This document shows positions 20,665 to 33,306 of a stretch of 64,000 nt of DNA, piece after piece. Within the stretch, counting starts at the first letter, position 1. Each line of letters starts with the position of its first letter. Under the pieces are notes generated by a model that was not told where the DNA came from, ran no database searches, and saw nothing but the letters and a program-made list of their open reading frames with translations. The DNA comes from Azolla caroliniana (Eukaryota > Plantae > Polypodiophyta). Where the stretch lies: positions 7,936,001 through 8,000,000 of the forward strand of contig JBHGNT010000001.1 in the NCBI GenBank assembly GCA_043228905.1, given 5' to 3'. The position numbers and the translations under genes were made by a program.

Positions 20665-21250
20665 TTGGTTTTAGGGTAACTTGGTTCCCACCAAAGGAGC
20701 ATGAAATGTGGAATTAAAGGGTTCGAGAAGGAGACAAATGACAGAGTCAATGCCACGATGGCAAAAGGCAATGTTGTTCATGATCTCAAGGCATGAATGA
20801 GGCTTTGCCTGAACAATGGGGGGGGAGAGTATCATAGAAGCGAGTCCATAGTATTTAATACTTCATTATATGAGCAGTGGTTTGATCCATAAGCACTCGA
20901 CCGTTGCATGAGCACCCATTGATTCCAAGAAGAGATTACACGAAGGCATTCCTTATGTAGGGTTGGTTTTAGGGTAACTTGGTTCCCACCAAAGGAGCAT
21001 AATAGGTGGAATTAAAGGGTTCGAGAAGGAGATAAATGAGAGAGTGAAAGCCACGATGACAAAAGGCAATGTCGCTCATGAGCTCGGGCCATGAATGAGG
21101 TAATGTGGGTTGCCTAAACAATGAGGGGGAGAGAGGATCATAGAAGTGGGTCCATAATATAAAAAACTGTATTATATGAGTGGTGATTTTATCCATAAGC
21201 ACTCGTTCATTGCATGAGCACTCATCCATTCCGAGAAGAGATTACACAAA
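20665..21250. repeat. Diverged tandem duplication, ~298-bp period
   Basis: GGTTTTAGGGTAACTTGGTTCCCACCAAAGGAGCAT at ~20667 and ~20965, with collinear downstream sequence. Confidence 0.88.
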
Positions 21251-24200
21251 GGGGAATCATTGAAGGGAGACCATGAAGGGAACCCACAAAGGGGAAAATT
21301 CAAGAACTTCTCTAACAAAGGATTCCATAAAGGGCCCTAAGGCCACAAAAGAGTAAGCAATGCATGAAAGTTCTCGGGGGACATCATTGGAAGTACCTAT
21401 CTAACAACATAAAGTCTTCCTTTGTTTAAATCATTTGCGGTCGAACTTAAGTAGTACACACAAGTGTGGAACGTTTTTAGTTGTTGCTAAACATCACCAT
21501 AAGCATTGCAATATTTGAGATACTCAACATTGCATATAAAATGCAACACTAATGCCATCTTTTATATGGGATACTATCCTTCATACCTTTATAATCCTTT
21601 CTTCCATCCACTTATGTTTGTCAATTGACTTTTGATAAGCATCATTTGTTGAGATCATAGCCAATCTCCTATTTCGAACAAATGTCCAATCAAGTTCTTG
21701 AGGTCCCCCATCTAAATCATGAATTGCTTATACGGATAATATTCCTTTCAACTTATCCCAAATAAAGGTATAACCTCATGGAATACGAAATGTTGATCTT
21801 GTGAGCTCAAAAGGCCATTAATCTTCTTTCTGACACCAACATAGCATCCTTGATTGTTACCAAACTCAATCTAACCATCTGATTAAATTGAGCATTAAGA
21901 AATTGTTTATCTTCCCACCTCAACAACCTTGATGTCGCCAAAACCTCCATTTGTAATGAATTGGCACATTCCCTTTCTTGTGGAGGATACCATTGAACAA
22001 AATCCTACATACTTTGCCAAGATGCCAAAATGTATATCCTGAATATACACTAGCAAGTATTTGAACTCTACACCTATTGTACTAAGTCAATGGCCTTAAC
22101 TATGGCAGAACCCCTTTTATAACTATGGCTTGACTCCCTTTTTATTCATTTTCCACCTTCGGGCCCACCACATCACGATATTGATTCCCAAACTTTTTAA
22201 GGCTTAATTGGTTTGTCCAACAGTAAAACATTTACCGGTTTAGGTATCGGTTTGGTTCAAGTTTGAAAACTCCCAAACCGATTAAGGTTTAATTGGTTTT
22301 GTTTGGACAATGCCCAATCGGTTAAGCAACAACCAAACAATTGATGATTCCTAGAAGAGGGTGAGGTATGCCATATAGTTTTAAAGTGTTCAAGTAACTT
22401 TAGAGTCAAATGACAATATTTGTGAGGGAAAGGGAGGATAACATTTTCGTAACGTAATTGCCTTATAATTAATTGACGTTTATATTTTACTAAGTAGATA
22501 TAGAAGGCAATGTTAGGATTTAGGAAGACAAAAATGTACAATAAGTTAGTGGCCCAAGAGTGTAATGTCAAAGCAATTGAGCCCTTATGGTGTAGTTTGT
22601 ACTACAAAACTCAATTACCATGATTCCAAATATGAGTTATATATTAAAATATTGAGAGTATGTGCAATACATGTCTTTACGTCAAGACAATCAAAGTGCC
22701 CTAGTCATTTGGTGAAGCCAAACTTGAACTTGTCCAATGATGTGTACAATATTATCATGAAAAGTGTCCATTACACACAATTAATCAACAAGTAATAAAC
22801 AATATTTCAATTGTTACGCGTTATAATGTATTATACCAATGCACATGTGGATATCTTCATGAAAAGAAGTTTGCCCAAGTTAGAGGTTGGGATGATTCCA
22901 TACCTCATGATAGGTGATCCTTTGGTGCAAATGAAGAACCTACTAAGAAATGCACAATACCTTGTTGTTGAAAACCATGAGGTGGTAATAGAATGTATAT
23001 CCTAGAAATATTACATCAATGACATTAGGAAGTCTCAACTCCAAATTAGACATTGTGGGAGATGCCATATCATTAATCTCCATTGAGGAGTAGTTAATCT
23101 ATGTTGAGTAGTTCTATTTTTTGGTAGATATGTTAATGGAAGATTTTGGTAAGATGATTCCATAGCACTATCAATCTATCAATTTGAAGTTGTGTTTTGT
23201 GATTTATTACCTTTTTATCAAAAGCAACACCAGAAGTACCCTAATTGTGGTTTTGTTCGTGTTATTTGTGAGCGAACCATTTGAGAATTTTCTAAATGCG
23301 TAAAAACCCAACCTTGGGTCCAACTTCAATTTATTGCCAAAAATATCCTTCGTTTATCAATTCATGATTTGTAAGAACTTCGTACAGAAACAAGGGTGGA
23401 GACTAAACTATAACTTGCTTGAGGAGGTTAAATCTACGCTAATTTCTATACACAAACTAGGTCCACTTGGAATTTCTCAAATTCTTGTTGGCCATTCTCC
23501 TCTACTCTTACCACCTTATGAAATCCTCTACTCTTCCATCCATGTGTACCACTCTTACCATCTTCTCTCTTGGGCTCATGTTGATACCCCTACCATCTTC
23601 TTCTTTTTCTTTTTCTTCTTCTTCTTCATCTTCTCCTCATTCTTCATACCTTAAAATATAAATTATAATAATTATATTTCTTTGGCACTAACATAGCCAA
23701 TATTGTTTTCTTGAACTATCTTGAATCTTATATTATAACAGCCTAGGTACCAACCATGGTTCTCTTTTATAATTGAACGAAATGTTCCGCTCACGCCCAC
23801 TTTCCACTTGACTAGTCAACTTCAGCAAACTAGACATCAAACATGTTTCCTACATGGCACACCTCTATGTCAATTATGTACTCGAGTCATCATTAGCGAT
23901 CTAAACAATTTTGTTGATCTAGAACAATGCACACCATGATTTTAGAAGCAAGATCCACAATTCAATGGATTGAAAATTTATTATCATTTCACTTTATTGC
24001 AATAAACATTTGAAGTTACCGTCTTGTTTGTTAACTTGCTTACTTTAAATTGTTGATATAAAACAAAATAATGTCTTTTTAGTACAATTTGATTTGGGCA
24101 TTACGCCTCCTAATCCCCACCCATTTGATTAGATGTTGATAATGAAGGAAATTTTGTTTCTAATCCTTATCCCATGGTACAAGTATCTTTTTTTTTAAAT

Positions 24201-27200
24201 ATATTTCTAGCATGCACAAGGACACATAATCAATAGAACATCTATTTCAAATTGGTATCTTGTCACATGTGAATAATTAGGCAAGAGTTATACATTTGCA
24301 CATAAACCAACAACACTTCTATCTAAATCCCCATCACCGTAGTCAATGTCTGCCCTTTGTGAATAGTGCAATTATTTAAATTTCTTTAACTAATCCCCAT
24401 GTGCATAATAATTTGTCCTATTTCTTAGCCCATATGTGCATAAAATCAATGCTTCCAATATGAAACATTGAAAGCACATACTTCTTTTCTTTTCCAAAAA
24501 AGAATATACTCCATTAATTAAATATATCCATCTGTACACAACTTTAGTCCCCTTTTCGTGTAGTCCTTCCCTAAATTTTCGTATCATCCTTAGCTCCTTT
24601 AAAGTTTTTCCCCTGTGTTGGTTGTACAAAAGCTCACCGCCAGATGTCTACTTACATCTAGGCGACATCTCATATTTATCTTACACTTTCGCATATGTCT
24701 CTAGCCGATCTATACCTGGTTATATCTATTTACTAGTTATCCACCCACTTTCCATGCATATCATCTGCATTCAATAGCCCACATGCCTATTCTCTATGTA
24801 TCTCACCTCATTCACGCCCCTCTTTCAACTGATGGGAGGGAGGAACAACCATCTGGGTACCACATACTGCCATTGCATATCCATTCCATTTTTTGCAGCC
24901 ATCGATGTATGTAGTACACCAACATTTTCTGACATTCAACATCATTAGTTCAAAATCATCATTTGTTCCATCAATCTGCTCATATTGCGCCCTCAATGAA
25001 AGCACATACTTCTTTAGAAATCACATGTTATCACATGCTACATCTAATCCATACGCACTCATCATAGTTTGGGACACTTTTATGTCTTTCTACAAAGCAA
25101 TTGTTTGACTTATCCAATCCAAGATTGCATCAATTGACAACTACATGTTTATCACCTTCTACAAGTCATATAGTTTATAATAAATTCCATGTTCCTATAG
25201 TCTATTCTAATCTAGTGAACAAAATCAACAAATACTAATATGATTGCTAGATTGTATCAATTTGCAACAAACTACCAAATTATTTGAACTAGTCTAACTA
25301 TTTCCACTTAATAGTTGTTGCAGATACCATAATAATCCCTAAGGTTTGACGTGGAGACCACATTGTAATAAATATATGGTACTTTATTATGCTTTATCCA
25401 TATGGTCACATGCTATTAGATCATATTTATAACCCAAGCATATGTTCAATCTATGCTAAACGCTTCCATCTCCGAAATCCTCGTTGTTTAACTATTACTT
25501 CCATATATGTAGTCACTCAATTGCATGGAGTCGAAAGACAACGATTAACCTTCATCCAACAATGGTCATCCTCTCCCATTATTTTATAACTAATGGAAGG
25601 AGTTTTTTTCGGAAAAAAAATAAGAATTTCCAACCTCTAGTTTGCAAATCATAAAGTAAAAAATGTACTACAGTACTAGATCAACTTTGGAATCACATGC
25701 CATTATAGGGATGCTCCTCATTCACATCGATACTCAACCGAAAATATTTCGTATTTTGACTTATGTGCTACATTTATATTTTGTGAGTGGATTTCTAATT
25801 ATTGTGTAATCATCAAGAAGTATTGACATTAAATCATAAGTTTCGTAATACTGACACATGATTTCGGAAAGTATGAAAATTGTCATTCACGTAATTTTGG
25901 ATTTATATGATTGGAAATGTATGTATGTATGTATGTATGCAGGTAGGTATGTATGTATAAGAAATTATTTTCTAATTTTGTTGAGTTGTGTGTATGTAGG
26001 TAGGTAGGTAGGTATGTATGTCTGCATGTATAAGAAATTATTTTCTAATTTTGTTGAGCTTAGAAAGTGTGACAGTTATTTTTATTAAGCTGGACATTTT
26101 GATTTGCTCATTAAAGTATTTGTTCGGGGTGGACTTTATAACGTGAGATACAGATTGTAGCCGTGTAACCTATAGTTTTCCCCTTTTGAAATGCATACAA
26201 ATTACTTTTGTGCGATTTCTTTCTCTTGATACCTTCCTATCGAGTTTACAAGGTGTGTAAAAGTTTTATGTGTGGGTAAAAATCAAAATAAGGAACCTTA
26301 TGAACTTATTAAAATAGAGATTTCGAAGAAACTCTAAAACATGTACGCATGAACCTTTGACAATTATTGCTTGTCACTCTTTATTTCAATTGTCAAGATT
26401 AGATGAAAATTTGAGAAACTTTCCTCGAACTAAAGTAGGAAGTTTACAAAATCTTCGAAAATTAGTCATTTGGTGATAATTGCTTTCTCATCTCTCACTA
26501 GAAATTTTGGAATTGCAAGAGAATTGGCAAATGAAACTCAGTAAATTTAATATTAAATTATGTAACAAATCATCCGGTGTGTACAACCTTTACATGAGCA
26601 AACATAAACTTTTTACAAAAATACACGTTCCCTTACAAAGTATCTTGATCACTCACGTGCTTTATAAATTATGACATAGTTCAATGATATGAAAAATCCT
26701 AATGTCCTTTCTTTCCTACATACTACATAGAAATAGTTGATTCTCTACATGTAACCTTGTTGCCAACCCATTATTTGACCAAAAGAGAAGCGCATACATC
26801 TAACTTTGAATACTATGTGAAGAATTCCTAGGAAACATGTTCGTGTGTGGATTAAACTTGGTGCTTTACGAAATGTGGCTATTGCTTGTGCTTGTGTTGT
26901 TCTTGACAAACACTTTCATATTGATTGGTTCTAACATGCTTCTGTGCGCAACAACTGTATGTGCATTTGACATACGCACATGCAAAAAAGTGCATGGTTT
27001 GACTTGACCTAGTTTTACAGATATCGATTGCATCGGTGTTCAATAAAAGCTAAACGGTCGAGTTTCCTTTTTATATCCTTAAATATTGGGCGAGTGCTCT
27101 CATTTTTTCCACATATCCAGTTGCACAAGCAAGGTGGGTGATGATGCCCTTTTTCTTCTTCTTCTTCTTCTTCTTTTGTTTTCTACTTGAAGAGGATATC

Positions 27201-27448
27201 TAGACATTGTATGTCCCTTGGCACAACAAAGCACATGTATGTATGTAGAGAGAGCCAGACAATGACAAAAAGAAGAAGATGAAGGAATAACAACTTGTAC
27301 ACACATGTAATAGGATAATGTTAAGACCACTATTTGTAAGTTGACTATGTCCCACATAGAGAAGTTCTATATGTGAACTATATAAAGATCCCTTTCTTGT
27401 AAATCCTTCAAAACCACAGGAAAGACAAAGGGGGAGAGAGTAAAGAAA

Positions 27449-28366
27449 ATGGGCAATTGCCATGCTATACCTTTAACCAGCCAAACTGTAAGTTCAGCCA
27501 CCTTAAGTAGAAGTAGGAGAAGGAGAAGGAGAAGAAGCATTCTCAAGAGGCAGAGGCATGATGACAATGTCTCATTACCTTCTTCTTGTTCAATAACATC
27601 TCCCACCACCACATTGGAGGAATTAAGAAGAATAAAGGTTGTGAACATGGGTGATGGGAGCATCTTAGATATCCCTAACCCCATCCCTGTCTCCCACATC
27701 AATGACCAAAACCCTAATTTCCTCCTCTGCGAATCCACGTCCCTCCGTGTCGGGAACCGGCCTTGCCCGCTTCGTCCGGCCGCCCATCTCGCCCCTGGAC
27801 ATCTATATGTCCTCCTCCCGCTCTCCGCCTTCCAAAGGCCGCTCGCTTGGTCGTACCTCGATGCCCTCGCCTCACTAATAGATCCCCCGGCCCGGCCCCC
27901 CCAGGCTCATAGGCCTTGTCACCGCCGGCAGGTTTTTCCGCTTCCCGCCTCTGAATCATCTCATCATCAAGCTCTCCCTCCTCCCTCTGAATCATCATCA
28001 TCTGCTTCTTTCAACATATGGTCCTGCGATATCACCACCAGCCGAGACTCAGACACCGACACCGACACATCTCTACGGTTCCACGTCTCCATTGACTCTG
28101 GCACCGATGATGCGTCTCGATTGCTTGGCATGATGGGCCCTGATATCACCATGAACTTGCCTTGTTCCTCCACCATTGTGTTTGGAAACTCGAATACATT
28201 GCTGTTAGATGCATCTCATCCCTTCAATGTCTGTGAAGATTCTAAGGATGCACTATCTCGCTACATTGAGCAACTCATCGAGCGCGGGAATTCGTGGATG
28301 CCCAAGCTCGACACAGTCGAAGAAGAAGGCGACCAATTAAAGCCAAATTATGAACAAGATAACTAA
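27449..28366 (+). CDS. PADRE / DUF4228 family protein (305 aa, intronless)
   Basis: MGNC N-terminus (myristoylation/S-acylation type), IKVVxxxDG, LAPGHLYVLLPL and C-terminal SWMPKLDTVEE (W-x-P-x-L-x-x-I/V-x-E), all typical of DUF4228. Confidence 0.88.
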   Translation: MGNCHAIPLTSQTVSSATLSRSRRRRRRRSILKRQRHDDNVSLPSSCSITSPTTTLEELRRIKVVNMGDGSILDIPNPIPVSHINDQNPNFLLCESTSLRVGNRPCPLRPAAHLAPGHLYVLLPLSAFQRPLAWSYLDALASLIDPPARPPQAHRPCHRRQVFPLPASESSHHQALPPPSESSSSASFNIWSCDITTSRDSDTDTDTSLRFHVSIDSGTDDASRLLGMMGPDITMNLPCSSTIVFGNSNTLLLDASHPFNVCEDSKDALSRYIEQLIERGNSWMPKLDTVEEEGDQLKPNYEQDN

Positions 28367-29374
28367 TTCCAAGGGATAATGTCCTAATTTAAAGATAACT
28401 CATACTTGGTCGCACTTTAAAAAAAAACAAGCCAAATTTGCAGTGAACCATATATACATTGATACTGACATTTAAAAGCCATTCCAATTTCAATATATTC
28501 TCCCAAAATTTTGGGATACAAAGAAATAGCTTGAAAATTCTTATTGTAGGCTCCCTTATTTGTATAATAAATCAATACAATTGGGATGCAGATGCCCCCA
28601 TATATTCTTTCCAAATTCCCACAATTAAAGAAGCTTTTAAGAAAAACGTAACCCCGTTAATTATAAATACAAATATATATTTTGCCCATAATTTAACTTA
28701 GTTCGTTGATACTAATCTTGTCTGTTTTTATGCTAATTCTGTCTTCATGAGTGTTTTTCACTGATTGATCATGTCATATGGCCATCTGCAGCAGCTTAAA
28801 CTTTGAAATAATTCTTTTCTTATAACATTTAGATGGATTTCTAACGAATTCCCAATGAAGAGGTCCAAGGAATGGTATTTAAATCGGCACATAGAAGAAG
28901 TATGTCCCCCACAAATGTCTGATGTAGGCATTCATAAAAAAAGAGTGAGAGGATGCAATTCGCAAAAAACTAGAGAAATCCCTCAATCTCCATGATTAAC
29001 TAGGCCATCCAAGAGATTTCACCACCCATAACTAACTAAGCCATCCATCTGGATTGTAAGATAGTTTTGAGTTAGGTAAACAAGGGAGTGCAAAATTATA
29101 GTTTTGTTTTCATTTTTCTTGCATACACTAACCATCCATCATAGACCTGGGGTGTACCTGTGTATCTGCTCACAAGTGCATGAATAGGTGTGGATTCAAA
29201 ACTGTCCTGTTATTCAACTTGCTTAGTGAACCATGATAGCCTAATGGTGCATATAATATATGAAATGTGGTATCTGAAAATGTGCTCCCTGGTCTTCTTT
29301 TTCAACTTGCTTGAGTACACCAACCAGCATAGACTGATAATGTAGACATGTGCAGGGTTATGTGTGCCTTCCAA

Positions 29375-29526
29375 CCAAACACACTTTAACACATATTGCT
29401 TTTGTCTATAACAGATTTTGCTTCCTCGATATATATAGACATGTTCTGCCCCAAACACACTTTAACACATATTGCTTTTGTCTATAACAGATTTTGCTTC
29501 CTCGATATATATAGACATGTTCTGCC
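29375..29526. repeat. Perfect 76-bp tandem duplication
   Basis: 29375-29450 is identical to 29451-29526. Confidence 0.95.
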
Positions 29527-29818
29527 TTGTTGGATCGTTAAACGTTTATTTGAGATTTTTCCCATTCCCACATATGTCAGAAGGATATTTCTTGATCCAG
29601 CATGTAAATATATCATGTTTTGGATGTCTATACGTAATTGTAAAATATTTTAATCCATGTTGCAAATTTTCTGTTGATTCATCCAATATCAGTCAAAGCC
29701 ACATGATATTATCAACAACGTTTAAAGATGATTGAAAACTTGTTTCTGACAAATTGTTTTATATCGCTACACATTTTTCTTTCATCAGTTGGATGGTTTA
29801 TCTCGACATTATTTTCCT

Positions 29819-31954
29819 TTAGGGAATTATAGCATTATTTGCAACATCAGTATGAGAGATTAATATGGTCTCAAAAGCTTCCACCAAAATCTTCACCTTT
29901 TTTGGTCCTTCAGGAGCAAGCTTACTAACCACCTCTTCTATGGCATGGTTGGGCAGCCATTCTTCGCTAAGTTTTCCCACTCGCGTTTCTTGTTTTCGGA
30001 GTTTCACAGTCTCGGGGCTCTGGACGACCATCTCAATTTTGCCGCCAGTGGACCGACGTATCCTCTCCTTGGCACTCTTACTATTACTATCATTGGTATG
30101 ATGATGACTAAGAGGATGTTCATTCAAATCATCTTGCTCAGGAACATCAACACCATCGCCATTATTAACATTATCAAGAATGTCGGAATCATCATCAGCA
30201 TTTTCACAAATGTCAACATCGTCCTGACATGAAATCTTATCATCGTCCCCATTAGATATTCCACCTTCATGAGGCTTGACATCACCATGACACAGATTCT
30301 TATCACCATGACACAGATTCTTATCACCATGATATTCTCCATTCCCATTCATTCCACCCTCATCATTCCGACAAGTTTGAGATATTTCTGCATCCCCATT
30401 CACATCGTGAGACATTGCCTCATCCTTACTCTCCGGTTCACAAAACTCAGAGTTGTCATCCATACCATGCCCCCCATCTTTAGCTTGATTCATTACTAAA
30501 TTTGTCTGCCCCTCATTTATAGCTTGCGTATTGACTACATCTATTTCTATATCCCTTGAAGAATCACCATCTTGCTCATTACCACCTCCCCCTTCTCTTC
30601 CTCCTCCTCCTTGTTCATTTTCTTGTGCTACATGTAGGTTCAATGCACCTAATTCAGCACCATCAAGAAAACTCATATCGCCATCACTATTAGGATAATC
30701 CACATTAACACCATTAAGTAAGTCATCATCATCATCAATATTGGAGTTGAAATCTTCCATAGTGGAACTGATATGGCTAAATTGATCACTAGATTGCTCT
30801 TTTTCAGCCACCATTTTGTTGCCATCATCATTTTCTCCATGACTTTTTTGAAATTTAGGCCCAACTTGGGCTTTGAGTATATTATGCCTTTTTGAAACAA
30901 GATACTTCTTAGGGGCATTGGCTATGACAGCTAAATACTCGGGATTATGGGCTGCACAATTCGGGTTTTTACACAACCTTAAACCAAGCCTCGTAGTGCA
31001 CGCTGAGACCTTACCATCATTCCCAATGAAGCAAACTGCTCCTTCAGATGTTGCCCTCGTACATTCAATACATAGTGAGGCGCTCGGAACTGGCAATCCC
31101 TTACTTGAGCTTCTTGAGTCCATTGATAGTTTCCTTTGATACAGGTTATTAACGCCATGCTTCGGAGATTTCGAATAGTTTCTTTTTGGGATGTCTAATG
31201 TCGTACTCCTTTGATCGTACCGACGATTCATCTGGCATTGGCTTCCATCACTTGAGTATGTTGTTGGAGATGACCCTTTCACGCTTCCTGAGGCATTTGG
31301 CTCGATCGGTGGCCTAGAACCTGATCTGGGAGATTCAATCACACGTCTCGGTTTCACTCTTATTTTGATGGACATTAATGAATCGCCCTCATCCTCATGT
31401 TTATCATCATCATCATCACCATGGTGTTTGGGATTTTGAAGAGATTGTGTTCTAATAAATAACCCATCTTCTGGGCCACAGTTTGGTGATGTAGGTAGAT
31501 TTTTTGGGCTCACCGATGTGCTTCTCATACCACCATTATCACCTTGATACTTGCTAATAATATTGGGAGGACGTCCAATATGCCGATCCCTAACGCTAAC
31601 ATTTGAACCTTTATGAACAACAGACAAAGGTGTTCTAGTAACTTCCTTCATCATTATCTGAGATGTATCCTCATGATTAGGATTGGGCCTTGATCTTGGT
31701 GATGGGGGAGGTTTTGAGATTAACATAACTTCCTTACGTGGTGACGGAGGTGGTTTCGTTGACAGTAAGATGGAGTGATCTTTCCGTGGCGAAGGTGGTG
31801 GTTTCAATGGTGGCATAGATGTTGGTTGTTTTCTGGGCGATGTGTACGGTGATCTTAGTAGATTATAAGGGCTCCCTGTAGGCTTCTCCGACGCCTTTAC
31901 TAATGGCTTCTTTAAACCATCCTTGTACACTTGGAGGTCCTTGGTAGAGAACAT
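29819..31954 (-). CDS. Plant calmodulin-binding-domain protein (711 aa, single coding exon)
   Basis: C-terminal ETVKLRKQE..EEW..NHAIEEVVSKL..KKVKILVEAFETI matches the plant CaM-binding domain pattern. The N-terminus is SPR-rich and the middle is acidic and low-complexity. Probable 5' UTR intron at 32017-32916 (GT..CAG on the minus strand). Confidence 0.85.
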   Translation of the reverse strand: MFSTKDLQVYKDGLKKPLVKASEKPTGSPYNLLRSPYTSPRKQPTSMPPLKPPPSPRKDHSILLSTKPPPSPRKEVMLISKPPPSPRSRPNPNHEDTSQIMMKEVTRTPLSVVHKGSNVSVRDRHIGRPPNIISKYQGDNGGMRSTSVSPKNLPTSPNCGPEDGLFIRTQSLQNPKHHGDDDDDKHEDEGDSLMSIKIRVKPRRVIESPRSGSRPPIEPNASGSVKGSSPTTYSSDGSQCQMNRRYDQRSTTLDIPKRNYSKSPKHGVNNLYQRKLSMDSRSSSKGLPVPSASLCIECTRATSEGAVCFIGNDGKVSACTTRLGLRLCKNPNCAAHNPEYLAVIANAPKKYLVSKRHNILKAQVGPKFQKSHGENDDGNKMVAEKEQSSDQFSHISSTMEDFNSNIDDDDDLLNGVNVDYPNSDGDMSFLDGAELGALNLHVAQENEQGGGGREGGGGNEQDGDSSRDIEIDVVNTQAINEGQTNLVMNQAKDGGHGMDDNSEFCEPESKDEAMSHDVNGDAEISQTCRNDEGGMNGNGEYHGDKNLCHGDKNLCHGDVKPHEGGISNGDDDKISCQDDVDICENADDDSDILDNVNNGDGVDVPEQDDLNEHPLSHHHTNDSNSKSAKERIRRSTGGKIEMVVQSPETVKLRKQETRVGKLSEEWLPNHAIEEVVSKLAPEGPKKVKILVEAFETILISHTDVANNAIIP

Positions 31955-32225
31955 AGTGTATTCAATGTTGATGCCCTATATGTAATAACCTTCTCCTTTC
32001 AACTCCTTCAGGTTACCTGCATTTAACAAAGTAATAAAACCAATATGTATCTACTGGATTTAGGATCAAGCAACGTCATGGATTGCAGAACTAAATTTTT
32101 GTTTGGAAGAAAAAAAAACTTTTTTTGTTATATAAACAAAAACAGATATTAAAATGAAAAGATTAAACAGTTACATAGTAACCAATCACAACCCAACCTA
32201 AACAAATGAAATCAAACATTAACAC

Positions 32226-32323
32226 ACAGATACATACATACATACGTACATACATACATGTATATGTATATATACATATGTATACATATATCTATATATA
32301 GATATATATAGATATAGATATAG

Positions 32324-32377
<54 letters not shown>
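32226..32377. repeat. Compound (CATA)/(TA)/(CA) microsatellite in the probable 5' UTR intron
   Basis: Directly visible. Confidence 0.9.
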
Positions 32378-33270
32378 TGCTATACAAAAACAGATTCTTA
32401 CACGAACCTAAAAAGATTATCAACAGAGAAAATCACAGAATCTAATAAGCAATTTCACAGCCCAACTTCTCAGTAACAATAAACAGAGAAGAAAATCATT
32501 CTAAATAAAAAGAAAACAAAAAAGAACATTTTCATGATCGAAAGATAGAATTTATACAGAAATAACAATTCTCATCAATATTTACAATGAAATAAATCAA
32601 TATGACCATACAGTATTAACATAAAATTTGAGGGAAAGCATATATCATTGATCATTAAAAGATATCATTAATCCAACCTAAACTAAGCGTGATTTTAACA
32701 CATAGAAAATTTTAAGAAATAAAAATAATAATAAAACAGATCATGAACACACATGCATATCAATTTAGAGACGAATAAAATAGTAATAATCATGATCCAT
32801 AATCCAATAAAATAAAATAAAACTAATTAATAACAATGAGCATCAGCTCCCAGCTTGATTATGAAGTGTAGATTAACAGAGACAGACAAAGAGAGATCAA
32901 GGGTGATATTATGAACCTGGATGAGTTTTTTGTCAAGAGAATGAATTGGGAGAAGAGCACTGATTGATTCTCGCGTGGGGCAAATTGAAGAACTGGAAAA
33001 AGGGGGAAGAAAGAAGAATATAGCGATGGCGATAGGAGAGAAAAAGCAAACGTGATAGCAGAAAACCCTAGAGTGGAAGCAGAAAGGCGCCATTTAAGAA
33101 GATTTGGGGGGGGGGGGGGGGGGGCAAGAACAACAAAATGTCTAGAGAGAGGAAATTATAGAGAGATGAAAAGAGCTACAGAGAGTGGGAACGCATGATT
33201 GGGGCATGTTCCTGGCACGACCGGAGACAGCCGGTGGTCCCCAGGAGGCTGACCGATCATATCCATCAAC

Positions 33271-33306
<36 letters not shown>

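Noticed and set aside
22811-23005. Harbinger transposase fragment (PYLMIGD)
   Set aside because: Only one short motif resemblance, with no supporting flanking motifs or TIRs.
13000-33000. Terpene biosynthetic gene cluster around MTPSL
   Set aside because: No P450, prenyltransferase or other tailoring enzyme is visible. The neighbours are TEs, a PADRE gene and a CaM-binding gene.
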